Below are positions 21,928 through 32,587 of a DNA stretch of 34,363 bases, piece after piece (within the stretch, counting starts at the first letter, position 1; each line of letters begins with the position of its first letter). Source of the stretch: Diploschistes diacapsis. Taxonomy: Eukaryota. The stretch spans positions 1 to 34,363 of the forward strand of contig JALAIB010000086.1 of NCBI GenBank assembly GCA_023645945.1. Reading direction: 5' to 3'. The position numbers were made by a program, and so were the translations under genes. The notes below the pieces were generated by a model that did no database searches, was not told the DNA's origin, and was given only the letters and a program-made list of their open reading frames with translations.

Positions 21928-22498
21928 CGTAAAGGATGTGAAGGCGAATAATGAAACCAACGTACTGTACAAGAGGAAGAGGAGGAGGGCTGAATGATGA
22001 ATAATGGAAGAACGCTGTGATTGGCTGATTCAGCCGGGTCGGCCTGACTGTCGGCCCGACTCTTTGGCATGAGTCGGATATTATCCGAGTTTTTTTTGGA
22101 GTCTTCTGCGCTTACGGTAGTGTATGCAGTGGAGAAAAAACTCGATCAACACGTGGCCAAAGGAACAACTACTACCCGGCCGTGCCCTAAATTCAGCCCT
22201 TCCTTTGCTCCTTTGGATTCACGATGTATCATCCTTGAGTCTTATGACGCGCAATGATAGATAAATCTATAAAGGAGGTATGTTGTGATTATCCACACGC
22301 CAAACACGTCAAAGGGATAGGAACGATGAATATAAAGATGGGGTTGATCCCCCTCCAGAACAGACAGGGAATCAAAGAATCTGCAACAACAAGATCATCT
22401 GCATTCCAAACCTAGGCTCCGTTGATATATAGATCCCTTAAATTTCAAACGGAACTTGGCCAAAAAGCTTCAACACCCTCCCTGCCGTCAGAATCAAC

Positions 22499-23342
22499 AT
22501 GTCTGCTCAGGGACCAATTGCGTTCTTCGGTGCCACCGGAGGTTGTGCTAACGCTGCCCTTGCACTCGCTCTTAAAACTGGTTACCAATGCTCAGCCCGT
22601 AAGTCGGATGAAAAACGCGTTGTCCCCAAATGGCAGAAGCTGACCATTGGTAGTTGCTCGCACGCCGCAAAGGTTGCACGAGATGCTCGCCGCCAAAGAA
22701 GTCCCCAAGGAGACGATTGATCGTAATCTGCAGATGGTCCAGGGGGATGTAACGCATGTCGAGACGGTCAAAAAGGTGCTCTTCTACAGAAACCAGCCGG
22801 TGTCGAAGATCCTGTCCGGTATCGGCATGGCTCCCTCACTGAACATTTCAAAGATGGATGGGACTATCTGTAAGTTTGCCTGGTTAGTCGATTCCACGTT
22901 CCTAGGACTGACTCCGGTAGGCCAAAAGTCCGCGAGAACAATCATACAAGCTCTGAAGGAACTCGACTTCGAGAGGAAACCTTACTTTGCACTCATCTCA
23001 ACCACAGGGATCTCTAAGGGGCCACAAGACGTGCCTTTGTTTTGCAGGCCCATGTACCACTGGCTTCTCGCGGTTCCACTCAACGACAAACGAGTTGTAG
23101 AGGAACTGGTTATCGAGGCAGATGAGGAAGGCAAGGCGTTCATTGGCTATACTGTGGTAAGACCAGCTTCCTTGCGGGATACCAAATCCAAAGGTATGAG
23201 GAATATCAGGGTTGGAAGCGAAGAAAAGCCCGTCCTTGGTTATTTCATCTGCCGAGATGATGTTGGCTTATGGATTTTCGAAGAGCTTCTCAAAGGTGAT
23301 GCTTCCAGGTGGTACGGACAGAAGCCAACAATCGCTCATTGA
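22499..23342 (+). CDS. NAD(P)-binding Rossmann-fold protein (flavin reductase/biliverdin reductase B-like atypical SDR); exons 22499..22598, 22654..22869, 22921..23342
   Basis: IAFFGATGGC, ALARTP, VQGDV, ISTTG, YTVVRPASL, ICRDDVG motifs. Introns 22599..22653 and 22870..22920 have GTAAGT donors and CTGAC branch points. Confidence 0.9.
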
Positions 23343-23476
23343 TCCTGTCCCTGGATCCTGGGCATGAACGGTCCGGCCGCGAAAGCCTATCTGCTTAGGC
23401 TTGGTAGTTTGGCTTTTCATGATACCCCCAACTTTCATAGTTATAATCCGCGATTCAACATAGACACTATCTAGAA

Positions 23477-24337
23477 TTAGAGTGACCATCCAAAGCTGCC
23501 ATCGAATTCAAAAAGTTCAAAGTCTGTGTAACCTCGAAGGCGTTCCAAAGTTGGCACTTCCCCAGATTGATAGAAGCCAAGGAGCTGTTCCATGTCGCGT
23601 TCGCTCATGTTCGTGAGGTCTTCTAGACTCCATGACTCACAAACCTTCGACATCCTATACAACAATATAAGCCAAAGATAAGAGCATAACCAAGGGCCAT
23701 GCGTACCACTGCATCCTTTTCGGGCCTTCATCGGCGTTTGGCGCGACTTTCCTCAATTTCTTTCTTAAGAAACCTACTCTTTGTATTGCGGCACCTATAT
23801 TTTCAGGTAGATTCGCGGCGATCTGTTTACGCACAATACTAGCCAACTTTGGACCGTTTCCATTTGTGCTGACCATGATCTGGAGTGGTCCGTCACGGTG
23901 TACACTGCCAAAATAGAAATCACATTCTGGTGGCACATCTGCGATGTTTGCAGCAACCTTACGTTCCTTGCAAAGCTTCCAGATGTCTGTCGAAGCAGCG
24001 GGGTCATCGACCGCGGTGAGAACCATGTCAACACCATCGAGGTCAGAAGGTTTGAATTTGCGGTCAACATAGTCTACTTGACCTTTTTCTATACGATGTG
24101 CTACTTCATCGTTCAGACCCTCCCGCGGCGACACGACCGTTACCTTAGCATCGGCATTTAGTACGTTCAGGATTCGCCCGGCTGCAACCTAGGTATCCGA
24201 TAAGCTCGTCTTGAGATACAGAAGATGGGATATGCACTCACCTCGCCACCCCCAACGACTAAAACCCTCTTGTTTTTGATTTGCCATGCGAGTATAAGCG
24301 ATCCACCACCTTGCACTTCAGGAAAGCTTGCTGGCAT
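23477..24337 (-). CDS. met8: Siroheme biosynthesis protein, precorrin-2 dehydrogenase/sirohydrochlorin ferrochelatase; exons complement(24242..24337, 23707..24188, 23477..23654)
   Basis: GGGSLILAWQIKNKRVLVVGGGE/VAAGR, ANIADVPPECDFYFG, GPLQIMVSTNGNGPKLA, KRMQW/MSKVCESWSLEDL. Two GT-AG introns. Confidence 0.95.
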
Positions 24338-24709
24338 TGTGTTGTAAATTGGAAAATTTTCAAAGTGAGCTTGATGGTGTAATTATCGAATAACATCGGC
24401 CCTCTCCCCTCGACCGGAGCCTGAATTCGACCGAGGGACTCTCGGATGCTCTTACAATGTGAATCTAATCTTTGATCTCGACTCCTGCACAATTCGTTGG
24501 TAACATTCACATGCCTCATGCTTGCTGCGAGGAGTGCGTACTTCGACAGTCTGTAGTCTGCACCGCCGCGACCCACCGCCGTGAAGAAAGGCCTGCATAA
24601 AGCGCGCATAAGTTTATGCTGGCCATGTGAAGGACGCATCCCCCACCAGGGGTGTGTTTGACATACTACGAGCTCGCAAGAAACTTCAAGGCCTTTGAGG
24701 TCAAAGACT
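24338..24709. promoter_or_regulatory. Compact bidirectional promoter region between met8 and pep7
   Basis: Divergent ATGs at 24337 (-) and 24710 (+) are separated by only 372 nt. Confidence 0.6.
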
Positions 24710-26804
24710 ATGTCGACGAGAAAGATTGGAGAAAGTCGAGTACTTGGTAGCGGACGTTCTCTTTCCCCAGCTTCGTCGCCGCAACCCAAGAGAACCTCGA
24801 GCCTACTATCTCCTACAGCCAGTACCACTTCGCTCATATCCTCCGGTTCCACGGCGCATACGTCTCCACCAGACAGTCAAGATCTCAAGTCGAGAGTTTC
24901 TCTGGAACACAACGGCAACGGCAATGTCAACACGGCGGCGGCGGCGTCTGCGAGCTCTCGGCTTGCCTGCCCAATCTGCAACGAGGAGATGGTGAGCTCG
25001 ACCTCCGACAACTGTGGCTTGCCGAGCTAACTAGCGGTCTTCAGGTCACCTTGTTACAGTTGAACAGGTACTGTCACAGGGCCTTGGCAGCTCATCGCTA
25101 ATTCTGCAAGAGACATTTAGACGATGCGCATAAGAATCTAGAGGAGGTTCGGCAGGATGAAGTTAAGGATTGGTTTCGCACGCAGGTTATCAAGGCGAGA
25201 AAGTTTCAGCCGCTCGCTGTTCTAAATCAGAAACTGAAAGGACTGGACGTTTTCGAAGCCAACGAAACAGGTCCGCCTGCGAATGTTTCACCAATCTCTA
25301 GCCCAAGTCGGGTCAGATCGCCTGAACCCCCTCGACCGGACCCAGACGATGCTGTTACGAAGAACCACTGGCAGAGATTTGGGCCCAACGATACCTGCTC
25401 GGAGCCCATGTGTGGCAACAGCCTTAACGCCACAAATGGGAAGGTTAATTGCAGGAAATGCGGGAAATTATTTTGTGAGGAACACACAATGTACCAAATG
25501 AAGCTCTCCAGGTCAGCGCAGCACGAACCGGTCCGGGGTTTTTGGTGCAGAGTATGTGAGACGTGCTATAAATCAAGAGAAGGCTACAACGACCACAAAG
25601 GCATGTGCAACGGGCCTTTTCGCTTTGAAAATTTTGGCTCACTACTTCAGGGTTTGAACGAGATTACACCAAAAGTTTCGCTGAAATACGGAAAAAAAAT
25701 GTGGACAAGACCTTTCTCGAAGTCTCGCGCCTAGAAAAGAGGCTCTCCAGGCTGACCCAGCTTCTTGCGAATCCTCCAGAGCAGACGCCATCTGGCGGTG
25801 GACTCCTTTGGTCGCTATCAACCCTAAAGACTCAGCGGAAGGAACTTGAGCAGTCAGTGGTTCAGTGGGAAGAGGATGCAAAAGTAGCCCGATGCCCGTT
25901 TTGTCAGCAAGACTTTTCGAGTTACACCTTCCGGAGACATCACTGTAGAACTTGTGGCAGAGTAGTATGTGCCGATCCCCGGACAGGTTGCTCTTCCGAA
26001 GTTGGATTCAATGTTGCAGCTGCGAATACACGAAAGGAGAAGAGCGATAGTCATATTGACATTGACATTCGAATGTGCAAGGAGTGCAAACATACAGCCT
26101 TCAGCAAAAAGGACTTTGCAGCAGAGGTTTCCAAAAAACCACCAGACGTCCGCGCTTATGACAATCTTACGCAATTTGAAAGAGGAATCCGTCTACTACT
26201 TCCCAAGTTCCAGCACCTCCTCACTGCACTCCAAGATCCTGACAAGCCGCCCACCTCGAGCCAATTAGCAGATGCGTCCAAGGTACGAAAGCGCCTGATG
26301 GACTCTTTTACCCAATATAACATTGCGGCCCGCCGCTTCCGGGATTTGCCCACGGAATCGGAGACGCAAAAACGACTGCAGAAAGCTGTGTATAACCAAG
26401 CAACAAATTTTCTTCATCTTCACATGCTCCCGCTCAAATCGCTCCCCAAGGTGCTCAAACACGCTTCTCCCAACGGCGTGCCCTCACGTATGCCTCATAG
26501 CCGACAAAACAGCGCTCTTGCGGCAATCAAGTTCAACGACGCCGAGAACGCATCGCAGGTCAGCAGCAGCAGCGCCATCTCCGCGCTCGAAGAGGAAGAG
26601 AAATCGCTACGCGAAAGGCTGATTGTGCTCGAGGAGCAAAAGTTCTTCGTCGGCGAAATGGTGGCGGACGCGAACAAGCGGCGCAAGCTCGACGAGGCGA
26701 GCGCCCTGTCGCAGAACTTGCAGGACTTGAGCAGGGAGATTGATCAGATTCAGGGTCAGATATCCGGGTTGGACTTTGAAGGCGCGTATGCGGGGAATAC
26801 CTGA
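24710..26804 (+). CDS. pep7: Vacuolar segregation protein Pep7/Vac1 (rabenosyn-5 homolog; C2H2 finger, two FYVE-type fingers, C-terminal coiled coil); exons 24710..24991, 25045..25067, 25113..25600, 25651..26804
   Basis: CPICNEEM/VTLLQLNR/HLDDAH C2H2 finger; NCRKCGKLFCEEH...WCRVCETCY; LEVSRLEKRL; WEED...CPFC...RRHHCRTCGRVVC FYVE signature; LREQ-like LRERLIVLEEQKFFV tail. Confidence 0.95.
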
Positions 26805-27847
26805 CTCGCGGCATCGAATGCGTGTACGATAGGCGTTGGTTCTTCTTGCTGATAGCGATTGTACTGGCGAGGAGTTTGGGGCTTTGGTGCTTCCGATTTT
26901 ACCATGGCAGTTTATGCGAGTATGGCATACAGATAGTGAAGAAGAAGCATTCCATTCTGTTGAACACATATCCTCAGAACTTGAAAGTCTCAGCGCCTCT
27001 GTACCGAACCAGCTACTTGCCACTACAACAACGCGGCCCCTACAGCACGCCGATAACATACACAACCTCACAGCGCCTTCTCCTCACACCCAACCACGAC
27101 CCTACCCAAATACCCACCCCACGATATCCGATGCGCACCACAGCCCTATCCAACCCCCTTCCTCTACAAAACCTACAAAACACCCATCAAGGCGAAAAAA
27201 CTCCTTCCCCCCCTCAAACAGTCGCCGCACAAATTCCGTGGGAAACGAGTCCGGCCGAAACGTCTGCACCGTCGCGCGCGCGCGCAACAACATGCCGCCC
27301 CGTCGCCCAACGGCGCGTGTGCAGATGCGGTGCCGGTCGCACACAACGGACGGATGCCGCGCCCCGTGCTGCTGCGCCACGCAGGGAATTGGTCGCTCCT
27401 CCCAGCTGCCCCCCTCTTTTTGTGCCGTCGGGGCGTGGTGTTAGCGGTGGTGGTGCTCTCCGTCCCATGCTGTGCTTGCTGCTGTAGTCGTGCACACCGA
27501 GATTCATGGCCAGGCTGGCCCTCTGCGTACAGTCGAAAGGGAAGTAGGTCCTTGTGGAGTTGACGGGCCCATTACATTCCTGTTGCCGTCTTCGCCAGAG
27601 TGCTGCCAAATTGTCGAAGGCTACATGCCTATGACGAAGCTTGAGGGGATGGAAGACAGAGAAGTCCAGTGGAAGAAGAGGACCACCATCGCTCGAGAGG
27701 ATAGCATTATATGCCATGTTTATCAGCAAGCAAAGCAGACCTAAAATTCTTCCGACGTTTGATTCGGCTTCGTGCGAGCATGAGGATGGAATCATTTAGC
27801 CTGAATTGGGAAAAGCGCAGGGATCTACGCCCCGTACGTTTCTTATG

Positions 27848-29113
27848 TTATAACCAATATAGATTAAGATTTGACTTTCGTTCAAAGATATGTAAGATTT
27901 TGAAAACAAGCCCCCCATCTCCTGAAGAGCTTGATAAAGCTTGCCTGCCCCTTTTTTCGTTGTGACAATTTTTCCTCCTACTAATCCATGGCTTGCAAGG
28001 GCCAGGAGACCCTAGACCTTCTGAGATAGCGATCGGTTTTTGAACCTCCCAAGCTTGCTTCATCGCTGTGAAAGTAAAGGTATTGAATGTCCAAAACAGC
28101 TTCAGCCGCGCTTTTATCTCTTCTAACAATCCGGCATAGTACTCGTGAAAATCCGCTTCTTCTGCGGTCAACATATGTGCTAGCTTCTTGCCTTTGTCTT
28201 TCTTCCAGGCGTTGATGACCGGAACTATTGAGCCTGCGCTTTTCCACTTCAGAGACATAAGTGCTTCGTATATGGATAGCTCTGCGCCTTCCAGTACGCG
28301 GTGTTAGCAATCGTTGACCAAAACGTAAGCGTTGAGGGGATCTGTGTGGTTTTCTCAGAACGGTAGCCCTATTCGTAACGCTCCAGAGGAACTATTGGGT
28401 CAGATCTTCCATATTGCGCACAGGTGATGTCGAGGACGTATTGGCCTCCGGCCTTAAGGTCAAGAATGTAAACCTCATGATAAGTAATCTCTCGGGCACT
28501 CTTTGATGGACCATGCCACGCTATACGCCGTTTCGCTAGGTTTGATGGCATTTCCTTCCCACAATACCAGATGAATGAGCAGATATCTTTGAATTGATTT
28601 AAGTTAGTAGCGCATCGTAGAAACGAATTCAAGCTGCTAAGGTCTCTACTCACTTGCCATCATCCGCGGGACAATGCTGTGTGTTGTAATAATTGCATCA
28701 GTGCAACACAGGTAAGAGAGAACAACCTCTCCATCCTCTTCCGCCCAGCCGAAATGCTCGGAGAACCTTTGGAATAATTGCGATTTATCGGATTCTGCTT
28801 CGTAGAGATGGATCTTGCCATCCTTTTTCTCCCTATAGCAACGAGAGACAAATCAAAAGGTGTGAGCTTTGAAGGCGAAGAAAATTTTCTGCAGTAACTC
28901 TCCAGCACGATAAAGCTGCTTGCAAACCTGTTTATGCTTCGGCCAATGAGTACTTTGGCACTCCTTGCCACAGTACCAGATCAGGTGTGCTTCACCGGTA
29001 TCCGGTCTGGCGCCCACGCATCCCTTGCAAAAACATGTCGCATTAGCTCCACATTGATGGCATACCCCATGGCGGTTTTTTCTTCCTCCATCTACTGGGC
29101 TAGAGGCCTGCAT
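27848..29113 (-). pseudogene. Disrupted MYND-type zinc finger protein gene (copy 1)
   Basis: CHQC...CKGC...WYCGKECQSTHWPKHKQVC MYND finger, then LYRAGELLQKIF. In-frame TGA at 28853..28855. Intron 28587..28653. Downstream HEVYILDLKAGGQYVLDITCAQYG, then TAG at 28369..28371 and a further frame change before the LAHMLTAEEADF tail. Confidence 0.75.
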
Positions 29114-29499
29114 CTCTGCCAATGTACTCCGATTGAGACAGGTGTCGGCAACAGTGCAAAGTTGAGCAAAAGGGGGAAACCAATCTCGTTATAGTAAAAG
29201 GTGAGACAGGAAGAAAAGGTATGAAGTTGCAAGATTTCCCTGAAATGTGATGCTAGAGATTGGGAGTGAATGCTCTGCTAGCCTCACTGTAAGAAGAACC
29301 GAAAGCGATATCATGCGTATGTGATGGACGATCCCTCTGTCAAGTGTTCTCCAAAAAAGGCGTATAGTGAGATAGGGATCCGTGTGAATAAAGAAAGCCT
29401 TTTAGGAGCTGAGAATGGGATTCTTCAATGCTAGGTCCATTATCGACCATGTAACAGACTAGAACAAGCATTCCGAGCAAAACTTTGTTTCGAGGGTTT

Positions 29500-30730
29500 C
29501 CCAAGCCAAACTTCCTACTCTATGCTTAAAACGACCTCGCTCAGCATCCAATACTCCGATAGCCTCACTCTGATACACTCGACCAGGCACCTTGACTTGT
29601 CATAGTACTCCTAATCTGAGGGATCCAGCAGTTGAGCTGATGTAAATTGTTTTTCCCCTCCCACCTGACGGCTGCATCATCAATGACTTGCGCATTCAAC
29701 AGATGGCGTTAAACGATCGCTTCCCCGGAAACCCCTAAGCAAACGAGCTCCAAGACGGCCAGAAAGCTGGGGGCTGTACTCGTCCCCCACATGATCCAAG
29801 CCGATGAAATGCAGGTAGCGCGGTCCGAAGAGTACCTCGTAGCGAGTGGCCTGGTAATGTACATCGTGGTGGCCGAATTGAGCTCCAGCTAGACCATGAT
29901 GAAGCAGCTGCCGTCTTTCGTTGCAAGAATCCTACGTTATGCGATCCACCAGTGTCGAAGACGTCCGCGCTATGAAGTACAATAGACTACTCATTAGACG
30001 TAAGGACCAGTGTCAAGAGACGAACTTTAGAGTAGAGACCCGCAAACATAGGAACCATTAGGCGCGAGGGCTCGACCGTTATACATTTGCTAAAGCCAGG
30101 ACTTACCATCCAAAAGCCTCGTAACGAGGCTTTGAATTACCACATGGGCATCGCTGCAACATCCAAATGATAGCAGCCTCGGTCTCTCTTCCTTGGTCCA
30201 AGCAAACCGTCTCGGAAATAAGAAAGTGCCTCGCGATCTGTAATCAGCTGTCTTGCGTAGACGTATCTTTGCATTACGTCCTTCAGCATTGTGCACATCG
30301 AAGCCAAATGTATTCTCGCTTGAGGCATAAACATCTCCTGCAGTAATTTTGCCGCCGCAGACAATATCTTGCGGTTGCGAACATGTTCCAGGAGCTTCTC
30401 GGCACTGCATAGACCTGTGTGCACTTTCCAATCTGCCCTCTGGCAAATAATACTGCAGTACCAGGCTCGGATCTGTCCATGGTTGGTCGGACACTGGCGC
30501 AACTGCCTGCGCAGACAAGCATTGCTCCCTTTTGATAATGGAGGCAAACCCCTCTCTCCCTTTGCTATCACTCTGAATCGTGGGGGCAATATCTCCAACC
30601 AGTCTGATATGACTAGCGTGCCCTGGAGACTATGCCAATAGTCTTGAACTATGTTTGGCTGAGGATCGAGTTTATCTTCCCAATATATGAATTGATGGGA
30701 TTGAAGAGGACAAAGTGGTAAGGAATGCAC
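29500..30730 (-). pseudogene. Disrupted MYND-type zinc finger protein gene (copy 2, more decayed; boundaries approximate)
   Basis: WYCSIICQRADWKVHTGLC...RKILSAAAKLLQEMF parallels copy 1. Frameshift near 30330 into ENTFGFDV...LLSFGCCSDAH...RLLDG, matching LSYLCCTDAI...RMMA of copy 1. GTAAGT donor at 30106 in the equivalent position. No open frame afterwards. Confidence 0.65.
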
Positions 30731-31605
30731 AATACTCGACGAAGCGCTATATGTCCATATATCTTGAAGGCTCGGAAATTATACCAACAAATCATCAGCT
30801 TCCATAGGTTCCTAACCAAATACCTTGTTGTGGTCGTCTGTGTGTTCGACGCCAGGAACTCGGGCTATGTGGGAGCAGCGTCGCTGTCTGCAACAGCAAG
30901 CAAGAAATTCAACGGCGACTTTGTGCATTTGATTACTGGAGATGCAATATAGATAGGTACATTGCAATATGACCGAGAGGGAGAAGGGAAGGTAAGACGC
31001 TGAGCTGACAAGAATATAACTTCCCTTGCAATCCACGATCCAGCGTGTTACTGCTTGCAGACGGCGAAGCCATGCTCCATGTATTTCACAGAATTTATGA
31101 TAGTGACGCAAAGTTATGACAGAGATGCCAGCCAGGAATGTTGTGGACGAAGAAGAAGTTCTTGAAGTGAGTCTCTAGAGAGCAGAAAGAAGTGCTTACG
31201 TAAGCTTGCCCATCCTTCCATGCAAAAGAAATCCTCACCTTACGGAGTACATACATATATCTAGCAATACGACTGTTAGCACTCTCGAAAGCTCTCAAAG
31301 TTAACATTTGGCGTGATAGACGTGACCATAGCAGTCGGTCGAATGATAATATTATGCAAAGGTACAGTACCAGGCTGTTTTTGCAAGGTGTGGTTGCCGC
31401 TTGCCTTGCCACATGCCGGATTCAAGTTCCAAGTTGTTTTTCCCCTCTCATCAGCCTTTGCAAAGTTAGCAACTTGAACTTGAACCTGAACCTAACACGC
31501 TAAACTCCAAATTGGAGCTCACGCCATCCAATATCTCTAGATATATAATTCTAGGGTACACCCGCTACCTAATTTGCCCTTTAGGATTCAACTTTGTCTG
31601 GCAGT

Positions 31606-32587
31606 ATGGGCCGCTGGACTGATTACGATGGGGTATATCCACGTCATGCAACAATGTCCACGACACCCCAGAACTGACTTAACCTTGGCAGGACGAACAT
31701 CGCCTACCGGAGGGCATGAGTAGGGTGGGCTACGATGCCGACACAGAGATCTATACATTTAGAGACACCGATGGGGCCTATTGGGAAGGGCTACCGGGCC
31801 AGTACTATGGCAAGATGACAAGGGGTTTGTGCTTGTCCAGTCTTATCACGAATCGAAACTTTCTGCTATGTTAAGATCCATGCGCAGAAGTGGCAGCATT
31901 GTATGGGATACTAACTTTACCTTCAAGTTAGAGAGGCTTCTCCTTTATCGTCTGTTACTATCTCTCGGAGCCGCTCCACCACCTCGCCTCCGCCTCCCTA
32001 CACGGCCGAAGTCAAGGCCTTCCCCAACCGCTCGTCATCTTCGTTGACCTCTTCTTCACATGGAGAGCGCTCTCCTTCGCCATCTTCTGCTTTCTGCAAG
32101 CGGTTCGGCTACCGACCAGGAGCATTTCCCATAACCGTGCGGCGCGGCAGTCAATACATATCGGATACTAATTTCGACGATTTCCTTCCTGAAGACAAAG
32201 AAGAGAGATCTTCGAATAGAGCGAGGGCTGTTTCCTCGCCTATGGGGCTTTTGGTATGTATAACTTTATCTCCTTACTTCTGGGTGATTCTGCTTTTGTA
32301 GCAACAATCGTTAAGTCTGATACCAGCAACGAGCATTCTCTGTCGTGTCAAGTTTGGCTTTACCTAGTGAGAAAGCAGAAAGAGGGGGCGCGAAACTCGA
32401 GGCTCACGAAACGGCCGGAGTTATGAAAAAAGAGAGAAGTTATCAGCAGGCCAACGATGGAGAGAAGCGGGAGAGAAGGAAACCGTCCCGCCGCGGAACC
32501 GTGAGGGGAAGGCAACCATCAGCGGAAGACGGTCTGGAAACGCAGTCCAAAGGAGCGGTTGGGCGTAGAATGACCGCCAGGTGGTAG
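31606..32587 (+). CDS. Conserved fungal hypothetical protein with MGRW...RLPEGM.RVGYDADT N-terminal module and low-complexity Ser/Arg-rich tail; exons 31606..31632, 31692..31824, 31928..32253, ~32327..32587
   Basis: Spliced translation MGRWTDYDG/DEHRLPEGMSRVGYDADTEIYTFRDTDGAYWEGLPGQYYGKMTR, a module I recognise from fungal proteins often annotated with LysM/CBM50. The last acceptor is uncertain (32301 or 32326). Confidence 0.75.

Noticed and set aside
21493..22070. Two ~108-aa minus-strand ORFs between the SnoaL-like and Rossmann genes
   Set aside because: No recognisable domain and no convincing splice model linking them.
24259..24852. 197-aa minus-strand ORF
   Set aside because: It overlaps pep7 antisense and met8 exon 1 out of frame, and spans the shared promoter; likely spurious.
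26822..27795. Several overlapping 150-220 aa ORFs downstream of pep7
   Set aside because: GC-rich, low-complexity sequence open on both strands with no recognisable motif or consistent splice model. It may be a relic, but I cannot support a call.
30740..31420. Short protein-like fragments upstream of MYND copy 2
   Set aside because: Multiple stops in every frame and no identifiable family.
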